NCBI GenBank assembly: GCA_964035575.1
Contig: OZ037839.1
Coordinates: 806,001-870,000 of the forward strand
DNA: 64,000 nucleotides
Direction of reading: 5' to 3'
Source: Rhynchopus sp. YZ270_cl-10
Taxonomy: Eukaryota
The notes under the pieces are model-generated. The model was given only the letters and a program-made list of their open reading frames with translations, made no database searches and was not told the DNA's origin. Shown here piece by piece: positions 31,417 to 40,769 of the stretch; within the stretch, counting starts at the first letter, position 1, and each line of letters starts with the position of its first letter. The position numbers were made by a program, and so were the translations under genes.

Positions 31417-31879
31417 TGTTTCGAGTGAAGTGTTGCTCTGTTGTGGGGTAAGTGTTGAGAAGGAGGAGGAGGGAGGCAAGATACAACAAAATAGCTTTCT
31501 TGTTTGTTGTTGTCCTTCCGTAATATTCCATACTTTTCTTTTCCCCACCCATTTGCTTTAACCTTGCTTGCACATCCCACTCTTATTTTTCCTTCTTTCA
31601 AAACTTCACACACAACGCTTTTGATTTTTTGGGAGACACAACAAGGTGCCAGGTTCTATGATATGCACGGAACCACCCTACACCTGTTTGTCATATTGTT
31701 TTCCGTGCAATACATGGAGAAACGTTTCGCACTCGAAACTAGGGCCTCCCGGCATCTATCAAAGAGGGAAAAGAAGATTATCGCACAGAATAGCTTTCTT
31801 TTTTGTTTTTCCTGGTGTGGACGACCCCCAAAAAAGCAGAAAATAGCCCAAAAATAGCACCCCCCTTCAGCCACACCAT

Positions 31880-32228
31880 TTCCACTTCTCCAGGTACTCT
31901 CCCCATATGAACAAGAACTAACAGGTACATGACATGTCTGTATGGAAACAAAGTGCTATTTTCGTTGAAACGCAGCCCTGCAGGTTGTCAAAAAGATCAG
32001 TGTGGCGCACACTGAGAATGAGGCAAACAGGACATAGATGCGTTATCAAATCATCTGAACGTTGTATTTTTTATCAGTTCCTAATCACACCATCGTCATG
32101 GGAAAGAAGGGGCAATAGCTATCGATGCAGGCATTCCTCTGACTGACCCACTGTACGATGCCAGCCATCCAGATGAAAGCACAAACCCCCTCTTGGTATC
32201 GCATACTGAAGCAGCTGAAAGTTGCACT
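31880..32228. repeat. Spacer segment shared by UBL-LRR duplication units (also about 46686-46985, 49651-49980, partly 52980-53035)
   Basis: Near-identical ttccacttctccaggtactctccccatatgaacaagaac...gccagccatccagatgaa. Confidence 0.85.
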
Positions 32229-32423
32229 TTTGATGACTCGCGTTGTGGTTTTTGTCGGGTCTCTGATCTATCTGTGCGACGGATATATTTCCCCTAACAC
32301 TCCATGTTTGGCCAGGGCCTCTCCAGCGCGTCAGTTGCAAAAAAAAAAAAAACGAATAGTGTATGAGATCACCCTAAACGTATCATACGTCGGGACAAGC
32401 GAAATAACACTTTACCCAAGAGC

Positions 32424-35400
32424 TCACAGGTGTATCCAAAAATGCAGTTCAATAGGTTCACCGAAGTGTTCTTCACACAAATCACCAAACCCTCCAAATC
32501 CCCCTGCTTGTCCTGTTCCTGTTTGTCCACCCCCAAACCCTCCAAACCCTCCTTCTTGTGTTGCTCCTGCTTGTCCTACACCAAACCCTCCAAACCCTCC
32601 TGCTTGTGTTGCTCCTGCTTGTCCTGCACCAAACCCTCCAAATCCTCCCGTTTGTGTTGCTCCTGCTTGTCCTACACCAAACCCTCCAAACCCTCCTGCT
32701 TGTGTTGCTCCTGCTTGTCCTGCACCAAACCCTCCAAATCCTCCTGCTTGTGTTGCTCCTGCTTGTCCAGCCTCCTCCTCCTCCTCGTCCTCGTCGTCAG
32801 ATCCCTTGTTTGCCTGGTACTCGGCGAGCTTGACCTGGTACTCCTTCTTCAGATCAAGCGCCTTCTCGGTGTACTCAGTCTTGTCCTCGTCGTCCATCTC
32901 CCCCCAACGCCTGCCACATTCCTTGGCGATGTCACCAATCTTCCAGTCCGGGTTCTCCTCCTTCAGCTCGGCACGGATGTCGTTGACGAAGATGAAGTAG
33001 GCGCTGAGAGGACGCTTCGGTGCGTTGGGGTCCTCCTTGGCCTTGCGCTTCTTGGGACCTTCGTCCTCCTCCTCGTCCTCGTCGTCAGATCCCTTGTTTG
33101 CCTCACACTCAGCAAGCTTGACCTGGTACTCCGTCTTCAGCTCAGCACCAAACCCTCCAAACCCTCCTGCTTGTGTTGCTCCTGCTTGTCCACCCCCAAA
33201 CCCTCCAAATCCTCCTGCTTGTGTTGCTCCTGCTTGTCCTACACCAAACCCTCCGAATCCTCCCGTTTGTGTTGCTCCTGCTTGTCCTGCACCAAACCCT
33301 CCAAACCCTCCTGCTTGTGTTGCTCCTGTTTGTCCACCCCCAAACCCTCCAAATCCTCCCATTTGTGTTGCTCCTGTTTGTCCAGCCTCCTCCTCCTCCT
33401 CGTCCTCGTCGTCAGATCCCTTGTTTGCCTGGTACTCGGCGAGCTTGACCTGGTACTCCTTCTTCAGATCAAGCGCCTTCTCGGTGTACTCAGTCTTGTC
33501 CTCGTCGTCCATCTCCCCCCAACGCCTGCCACATTCCTTGGCGATGTCACCAATCTTCCAGTCCGGGTTCTCCTCCTTCAGCTCGGCACGGATGTCGTTG
33601 ACGAAGATGAAGTAGGCGCTGAGAGGACGCTTCGGTGCGCTGGGGTCCTCCTTGGCCTTGCGCTTCTTGGGACCTTCGTCCTCCTCCTCGCCCTCGTCGT
33701 CAGATCCCTTGTTTGCCTCACACTCAGCAAGCTTGACCTGGTACTCCGTCTTCAGCTCAGCACCAAACCCTCCAAACCCTCCTGCTTGTGTTGCTCCTGC
33801 TTGTCCTGCACCAAACCCTCCAAATCCTCCTGCTTGTGTTGCTCCTGTTTGTCCACCCCCAAACCCTCCAAATCCTCCTGCTTGTGTTGCTCCTGCTTGT
33901 CCTGCACCAAACCCTCCAAATCCTCCTGTTTGTGTTGCTCCTGTTTGTCCTGTACCAAAGCCTCCAAATCCTCCCATTTGTGTTGCTCCTGTTTGTCCTG
34001 CACCAAACCCTCCAAATCCTCCTGCTTGTGTTGTTCCTGTCTGTCCTACACCAAACGCTCCAAATCCTCCTGTTTGTCCTGCACCAAACCCACCAAACCC
34101 TCCAAATCCTCCTGCTTGTGTTGCTCCTGTTTGTCCTGCACCAAACCCTCCAAACCCTCCTGTTTGTGTTGCTCCTGTTTGTCCTGTACCAAAGCCTCCA
34201 AATCCTCCCATTTGTGTTGCTCCTGTTTGTCCTGCACCAAACCCTCCAAATCCTCCTGCTTGTGTTGTTCCTGTCTGTCCTACACCAAACGCTCCAAATC
34301 CTCCTGTTTGTCCTGCACCAAACCCACCAAACCCTCCAAATCCTCCTGCTTGTGTTGCTCCTGTTTGTCCTGCACCAAACCCTCCAAATCCTCCTGTTTG
34401 TGTTGCTCCTGTTTGTCCTGTACCAAAGCCTCCAAATCCTCCCATTTGTGTTGCTCCTGTTTGTCCTGCACCAAACCCTCCAAATCCTCCTGCTTGTGTT
34501 GTTCCTGTCTGTCCTACACCAAACGCTCCAAATCCTCCTGTTTGTCCTGCACCAAACCCACCAAACCCTCCAAATCCTCCTGCTTGTGTTGCTCCTGTTT
34601 GTCCTGCACCAAACCCTCCAAACCCTCCTGTTTGTGTTGCTCCTGTTTGTCCTGTACCAAACCCTCCAAACCCTCCTGTTTGTGTTGCTCCTGTTTGTCC
34701 TGTACCAAACCCTCCAAACCCTCCTGTTTGTGTTGCTCCTGTTTGTCCTGTACCAAACCCTCCAAATCCTCCTGCTTGTGTTGCTCCTGTTTGTCCTGCA
34801 CCAAACCCTCCAAATCCTCCTGTTTGTGTTGCTCCTGTTTGTCCTGCACCAAACCCTCCAAATCCTCCTGTTTGTGTTGCTCTTGCTTGTCCTGCACCAA
34901 ACCCTCCAAATGCCGCAGTGACGGGCAGGATCTCACGCACCTGCTTCGTTGCAATGTTTGTATGCTGTGCCGTCTTGCCTCTGATGAAAGAGAAGATGAG
35001 GTGCCCCCCAAAAGCGTCTATCCGCTGCACACCTCCGAACTGTTTCCTCGCGTAAATATCACACACACGTGCATGGAAGGTCTGTCGCTTCTCCTTGCTG
35101 ATGCTAAAGCCTACTTTATTCGCGGGACACTGCTGCCTGTTCTCGTTTCTCTTGTGCGCTTCTTTTGGGAGAGACATCTCGTGAATGTCGAAGTTGCCTG
35201 GCACGGAGAGTGATGTGAGTGCGTCGCAGTTGAGCAGGAATCCGTCGACCTCGACCGTTGTGTCACTGGCTATTCCTGACATGTCCAGCGTCGTCAAGGA
35301 TGTGCACTCTTTCAGGAAATTTACACCAATCTGCGTAACATTGCTCAGTCCTGATAAGTCTGCTGTTGTCAACGCAGAACACTTTTGCAACCAGCTGCCC

Positions 35401-36479
35401 TCAATATGTGTGATACTACGCAACACTGATAAATCAACTGTTTTCAATGATGAACACTCAAAAAGAAAGTGGTGTTCGATGTCTGTGGCACTCCCAAAAG
35501 CTGAAAGGTCGATACTTCCCAGCGAGGTGCAGATCGCAAGAAAGCCGTACTCTACCTTCACAACTCTGTGCAGTGCTGATAAGTCAACCGTTTTCAACGA
35601 GGTGCAGTACGAACAAAGCTGGTGCCCAATTTCCGTCACATTCGTCATCCCTGAAAAGCTGATGGTGGTCAACGACGTGCAGGAGTAGAGAAATCGGTGG
35701 CCGATCTTCGTGACACTGCAAAATGCCGACAAATCAATGCTTGCCAACGAGGTGCAGTTATGGAGGAAGCCGTCCTCAATGTGCGTGACTCTGCGCCATC
35801 CTGAGATGTCAATCCTCTCCAACGACTTGCAGTGGCGGAGAAAGTATGCACCAACCTTCGTCACACTCGTCATATGGGATAAGTCAAGATTTGTGACGCC
35901 ACATCCTTGGAGGAACCTGTTCCCTATCACCGTCACACCAGTGAACCCTGACACGTCAAGGCTTGTCAACGATGTGCAGTCAGAGAGACAGGCATTCCCA
36001 ATGTGCGTAACGTTGCACAATCCCGACAAGTCAACGGTTTCCACCGACTCACACCTGAAGAGGAAGCCTTCCTCAATTCGTGTCACACCAGACACAGCAG
36101 AGAGATCAAGTCTCGTAAACGATGCTCTGCACAAGAACTGCTTCGGAATAACAGTCGCAACCTCCGCCTGAAGAAGCAGAGAAGCCACCTCAGGATCCTT
36201 CACAGTCGCCAACCTCGCTTCGGAAATGTCTGTCTCACCCAAGGCACGAAGTGCCTCAACAGATTGGTACTTCGTCGACTTCGTCAACACGACTGTGTCT
36301 CCAGCACTCAGTTCTGTGATGTCCTCTCCTTCCTCCTTCCCTCCGAAGCCCATGCGGAAGCTGTCTTCGCACAACTCTGTTGCAGACGCCACCTTCTGCC
36401 GCATCGTCTCCGTTGTGTCGTTCTCACCCACCTCAATCACGTATTTGGTTTCATCATATCCCTGCACACACAGTTCCAT
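32424..36479 (-). CDS. UBL + LRR + long FG-repeat tail with two HMG boxes, paralogue 4 (about 1351 aa from MELCVQ)
   Basis: Continuous ORF: UBL, LRRs, (GGFGGFGAGQTGATQA)n, two copies of PKRPLSAYFIFVNDIRAELKEENPDWKIGDIAKECGRRWGEM (HMG box), end GDLCEEHFGEPIELHFWIHL. Confidence 0.88.
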   Translation of the reverse strand: MELCVQGYDETKYVIEVGENDTTETMRQKVASATELCEDSFRMGFGGKEEGEDITELSAGDTVVLTKSTKYQSVEALRALGETDISEARLATVKDPEVASLLLQAEVATVIPKQFLCRASFTRLDLSAVSGVTRIEEGFLFRCESVETVDLSGLCNVTHIGNACLSDCTSLTSLDVSGFTGVTVIGNRFLQGCGVTNLDLSHMTSVTKVGAYFLRHCKSLERIDISGWRRVTHIEDGFLHNCTSLASIDLSAFCSVTKIGHRFLYSCTSLTTISFSGMTNVTEIGHQLCSYCTSLKTVDLSALHRVVKVEYGFLAICTSLGSIDLSAFGSATDIEHHFLFECSSLKTVDLSVLRSITHIEGSWLQKCSALTTADLSGLSNVTQIGVNFLKECTSLTTLDMSGIASDTTVEVDGFLLNCDALTSLSVPGNFDIHEMSLPKEAHKRNENRQQCPANKVGFSISKEKRQTFHARVCDIYARKQFGGVQRIDAFGGHLIFSFIRGKTAQHTNIATKQVREILPVTAAFGGFGAGQARATQTGGFGGFGAGQTGATQTGGFGGFGAGQTGATQAGGFGGFGTGQTGATQTGGFGGFGTGQTGATQTGGFGGFGTGQTGATQTGGFGGFGAGQTGATQAGGFGGFGGFGAGQTGGFGAFGVGQTGTTQAGGFGGFGAGQTGATQMGGFGGFGTGQTGATQTGGFGGFGAGQTGATQAGGFGGFGGFGAGQTGGFGAFGVGQTGTTQAGGFGGFGAGQTGATQMGGFGGFGTGQTGATQTGGFGGFGAGQTGATQAGGFGGFGGFGAGQTGGFGAFGVGQTGTTQAGGFGGFGAGQTGATQMGGFGGFGTGQTGATQTGGFGGFGAGQAGATQAGGFGGFGGGQTGATQAGGFGGFGAGQAGATQAGGFGGFGAELKTEYQVKLAECEANKGSDDEGEEEDEGPKKRKAKEDPSAPKRPLSAYFIFVNDIRAELKEENPDWKIGDIAKECGRRWGEMDDEDKTEYTEKALDLKKEYQVKLAEYQANKGSDDEDEEEEEAGQTGATQMGGFGGFGGGQTGATQAGGFGGFGAGQAGATQTGGFGGFGVGQAGATQAGGFGGFGGGQAGATQAGGFGGFGAELKTEYQVKLAECEANKGSDDEDEEEDEGPKKRKAKEDPNAPKRPLSAYFIFVNDIRAELKEENPDWKIGDIAKECGRRWGEMDDEDKTEYTEKALDLKKEYQVKLAEYQANKGSDDEDEEEEEAGQAGATQAGGFGGFGAGQAGATQAGGFGGFGVGQAGATQTGGFGGFGAGQAGATQAGGFGGFGVGQAGATQEGGFGGFGGGQTGTGQAGGFGGFGDLCEEHFGEPIELHFWIHL
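32472..34911. repeat. Coding minisatellite: 48-bp FG unit, 234-bp higher-order repeat (x3), 615-bp FG+HMG duplication
   Basis: Unit accaaaccctccaaatcctcctgcttgtgttgctcctgtttgtcctgc; offsets of 234 bp (34046/34280/34514) and 615 bp (33000/33615) visible. Confidence 0.95.
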
Positions 36480-37058
36480 TGTTTCGAGTGAAGTGTTGCT
36501 CTGTTGTGGGGTAAGTGTTGAGAAGGAGGAGGAGGGAGGCAAGATATAACAAAATAGCTTTCCTATTTAACTTGCCGGTTGTGAGAAGAGAGAAATGGAA
36601 AATATTTTAAAGATCAACCTAGGCATGCTTGAAAGGGGGCAAACGTTGGCTTATGCATTGCAGATGTGATCTGGAAGACGGGGTGTGGAAAGTGTAAGCG
36701 CCTCACCGTGGGGGTGGGGGGCAGGCGCTCAGTTCGAGCATCGTGTTCGTTTGGCTTTCAATAGACAGTGACATTGCAGTTGTGTCAACACGTTTGTCCT
36801 TGCGCAAAAGAAGGCTAGAATTGATAAAAGGACGAACTCATGTCGGCAGACCACAACTATCTTCGCAAAGAAGAAGAGATGAACAGAGAATTTGAAACGT
36901 CGTGCACACACATCATTACCACCATCGTTATCGCGCTTGGAGCACGTTGTGTTTGAAGATAGGCTGTGTCTTCATCACAAACGTGCTTTTCATGGAATCA
37001 GTGTAAAAAATCATCCGAGAACCGGATTGTGTACTTACATCAGTCTCACGCAAACCTG

Positions 37059-38135
37059 CTAAGACTGCTCCAGCTTTTTGTGGTATATTCTTATGGATCG
37101 GATCACCTGCGCCTGCTTTGCCCCAACCTTCGTGCAGCAGTAGCAGTGTTCGTGGTGACCGAGGCGCTGTCTCCTCGGCATATTATGCTTCTGCACACCC
37201 TTCTCCTTTCTTTTCGCCTTCTCCATCACTGTGTCGTCATACTCATCAGCAAGAAACGCAGGGATTGTGTGCCCCGATGCAATCAGAAGCGCGACGGCGT
37301 CACGCCTGACTGAAGGGTGGATCCGATCTGTTGCGGGGCGGGGAAGAAGCTTGAGGACGATGCCGGGTGCTGGGAGGACCACGTCTCGCACGAAGGCCTC
37401 ATCGTCAAAGAGCTGCGGTGGGAAGAAACGAACGATGCGTCTCCTCCGTTGGGCAAGCTTCTGCAGCAACACCTTGTCCTCACGCAACGCTGGGCTGAGA
37501 CAGCGGTACACCTCACGTGGCGACACATCCTTGCAGTCTGCGATCCGCACCGCCAACTCCTGAGTCCCCACCCTCCCCTTCAGGATGCGGTGCAGGTAGT
37601 TTACCTCTGGCCTCGAATCCTCCCCAGGAAGCTTCGCCGCCACCAGCCCCATCACCTCCTGCGTCAGAATCGCGTCCAGATCCTCGCCACCAAGGTAGCG
37701 CGGTGTGGCTGCGGTCAGGCCCTCGTAGCTGAGCAGCCAGACCAAGGGGTGTGGTGCGTGCCGTACCTCGGGTGGTGCGTTTCTGAGTGCTTCTGCACGG
37801 AGGTGGCGTGGGTGGGTGTCGTTCTCGAGATAGGCGAGCCAGACGGAGGGGTCGTGACGCCAGCGTGGGGGTACAGTGTCTCCTGCACGGCAGCGGTTGC
37901 GTGCGTACGTCGCGCTGTAGTCAACGTGGACAGTGTCGCCGTGCTGCAAGGAGGAGGAGCTCACGGCCGTCCCCCTCTCCACCGCCGTCTCGTCCGGCAG
38001 TGTCACCTCGACCTCCTCAGCCAGGCACGACAGCAGCTCCGCCCCAGCATCGAACACCACACCCCACACAGCAGTCTCCCCCACCTCCACCGTGCAGGAG
38101 GCGAGCAGGTCTGAGGTCTCTACTGTGACGTCCAT
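37059..38135 (-). CDS. Protein with a divergent N-terminal UBL-like domain and DUF4116-like helical repeats
   Basis: MDVTVETSDLLASCTVEVGET...LQHGDTVHVDY resembles a UBL; repeats LSPALREDKVLL, FFPPQLFDDEAFV, NAPPEVRH. Confidence 0.6.
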   Translation of the reverse strand: MDVTVETSDLLASCTVEVGETAVWGVVFDAGAELLSCLAEEVEVTLPDETAVERGTAVSSSSLQHGDTVHVDYSATYARNRCRAGDTVPPRWRHDPSVWLAYLENDTHPRHLRAEALRNAPPEVRHAPHPLVWLLSYEGLTAATPRYLGGEDLDAILTQEVMGLVAAKLPGEDSRPEVNYLHRILKGRVGTQELAVRIADCKDVSPREVYRCLSPALREDKVLLQKLAQRRRRIVRFFPPQLFDDEAFVRDVVLPAPGIVLKLLPRPATDRIHPSVRRDAVALLIASGHTIPAFLADEYDDTVMEKAKRKEKGVQKHNMPRRQRLGHHEHCYCCTKVGAKQAQVIRSIRIYHKKLEQS

Positions 38136-39235
38136 CGCAAACAAAACAAAACAAAACAAAAGCTTATGGGATGAACCTAAGCCTCTCGTGCTTAGTCACC
38201 TAAAATATGGTAGTGTGTAAGGTCCTGAAGGGGAAGCAGGTGTATAAAATGGAGCTTTTCGTGTGTATGGTGGAAAACGATGTGAGACAGATGTGTGTGG
38301 TCGTGTAGGTGTCCTTGAGTCGAAGAGGAAGTGAGCTGACTGCACATGAGTGTGCAGTTGTCGTGTGCTCTCCCATCGGGTGGCAGAGTGGGTGGTAGAA
38401 CGCAATGATTCGAAGGAACAAACAAGTAATTGCTATCGGAAAAAAAACGGGGTGTGATGTGGAACTCCACCCTATAGAAATAATCTACAACACGCCCAGC
38501 ATTCTGCTCTTCTGCAGGTATGCTAACGCTCTTCGTAAGCTGCCAGACCCACTGGGACGCCAGCATCTGAAACGTTCAAGAAGGGGGGCTGTCCTCTTCG
38601 TCCAGCACCATCTGCTCGATAGCGTTGTTGGACGTCGGATCGGCAGGCTCGGCGTGTTCCAGCTCGTTTTTGTCCACAGGCTCCCCACATTGTCGTCGTC
38701 GTTGGAGCAGTGCGGAAGGAACACAGAATGCACAGACTACAACACATCGATCACACCAGGCACATCAGCACCTCCAGCAAATCGCCAGGATGCTACGGTG
38801 GTTTCGAAAATCGCGCGGAGTTTTCCACACCACACCCGTTTTTCCTTAGCAACTACTTGTCCTTGTTGTTACTGTTGTTTTCAACCACCTTCCTTCAACC
38901 CTTGTAGGGATCAGTTGTTATTTTTTTCGCGAAAACATGAAATTATACATTTCAAGAGAACAAATTAAAAAGGGTCCTTATTTGCATTTTTGGGCTCCGC
39001 CCGTGCAGTGGTGGGGTCAATCTCGAAAATTGGACAATTTTTTGACCACTTAAATTTTGAGAAATATGAGCCCGGTTGCTTATACGTGGGGCCCATTTTC
39101 AGCTAAAATTTTCCTCAGGAGGGTGTTCAAATTTCCCGTTTTTCCCTTTTCTCCCGTTTTTCCCTTTGTCTTTGCCATTTTTTTTTTCAAAAAAAAAAAA
39201 TTTTTTTTTTTGACAAGGCAATTTTCAGGTGAAAA

Positions 39236-39769
39236 AAAATTTTTTTTTTCGAAAAAATTTTGGCCCCCTGGGGTGGGTCTTGGGGCACCGAAAAATGCCA
39301 AAAAACGCAAAAATCGGCTGTTTTGACCATCTGTGGTTACACCATATACACGTCTCTGAACAAGCCTATACTATACCCAAAAGTGGCTAGGCAAGGCCGT
39401 GTTTGACCAAAAAAAAAAATTTTTTTTTTCACGAAAACCGAGTTTTCGTCACCTGTGGGTGGTCGTAGGATCGAAATTTGTGAAAAATTTTCACTTTTTT
39501 TTTTTGACCCAAAAAAATTTTTTTCGACAAGGCAACGGGAAAAATGACTAAGGGGAAAAGGGAAAAAAGGGAAAAACGGGAATTTTGAGGATCCTCTATT
39601 TTGAGGATCATTTTCACAGTCGCATTTTACCTTAGCAAAATCTGAAAAAAAAATTTTTTTTTTCGAAAAATTTTTAGACCCCTGGGGTGGGTCTGGAGGC
39701 ACCGAAAAATGCAAAAAAACGTAAAAATCGGGTGTTTTGAGCATCTGTGGTTACACCATATACACGTCT
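39236..39769. repeat. Imperfect direct repeat of about 120 bp (39236-39356 and 39650-39769) in A/T-tract-rich TE-like DNA
   Basis: cctggggtgggtct...gcaccgaaaaatgc...catctgtggttacaccatatacacgtct occurs twice. Confidence 0.75.
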
Positions 39770-40769
39770 GTAACCCCACATAGGCCCATTACCATGGTTT
39801 CGTTAGCCCTTGTGACATGCCCTCCTGCAGTTTCCTGCTCATCGGCGGCCTCTAGTCCGTGTGGACTTGGGCCACTACCAGCTTCCGGAGGAGCGACGCT
39901 CACGTGCGACCGTCGGACCGGTCACTGCTCTGGGTGCCATGTGCTCTAGCCAATTCTTGACGAGGATGGGGGTGCAGACCGCCAAGTCCGGACGGTCGGA
40001 GGGAACCTTCCCCACCGCACGTCAGTTCTCCTTAGCTCTTTGTGACTTGACTCGTGCCGGTGCTGGTGTCTACAAGCTTCAACCTCTTCTTGTGACCCAC
40101 CGAGCACGCAGCCAACAGTGCGTCAAACCCTCAGGATCCACAAATCAATGGTTGCCAACGAAGTGCAATAATAGAGGAAGTTGTCCTCAATGTGCGTGAT
40201 TCTGCGCCATCCTGAGATGTCAAGACTTTTCAACGAGTTGCAGTAGGCAAGAAAGTGTGCACCAACCTTCGTCACACTCGTCATCTCGGATAAGTCAAGA
40301 TTTGTGACGCCACTTGCTTGTAGGAATAACTTCCCTAACACCGTCACACCAGTGAACCCTGACACGTCAAGGCTTGTCAACGATGTGCAGTCATAGAGAC
40401 AGTAGTCCCCGATGTGCGTAACGTTGCACAATCCCGACAAGTCAACGGTTTCCACCGACGTACACCTGTAGAGGAAGCCTTCCTCAATTCGCGTCACACC
40501 AGACACAGCAGAGAGATCAAGTCTCGTAAACGATGCTTCGCTCAAGAACCAGTTCGGAATAACAGTCGCAACCTCCGCCTGAAGAAGCAGAGAAGCCACC
40601 TCAGGATCCTTCACAGTCCGCAACCTCGCTTCGGAAATGTCTGTCTCACCCAAGGCACGAAGTGCTTCAACAGATTGGTACTTCGTCGACTTCGTCAACT
40701 GTAGGGGTCCGTTTTCGATGCATGCACCCCTATCCGAGATAGGTGATACAATACATCGTGGAGGTGATG

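Noticed and set aside
32472..34911. CRISPR-like array
   Set aside because: Tandem coding repeat without unique spacers, no cas genes, eukaryotic context.
32158..35213. Long plus-strand ORFs (927-aa Cys-rich, 467-aa Pro-rich, 377-aa Leu-rich) and equivalents at 47126-48141
   Set aside because: Antisense shadows of the stop-free 48-bp repeat; only the minus frame is continuous with the UBL-LRR and HMG domains.
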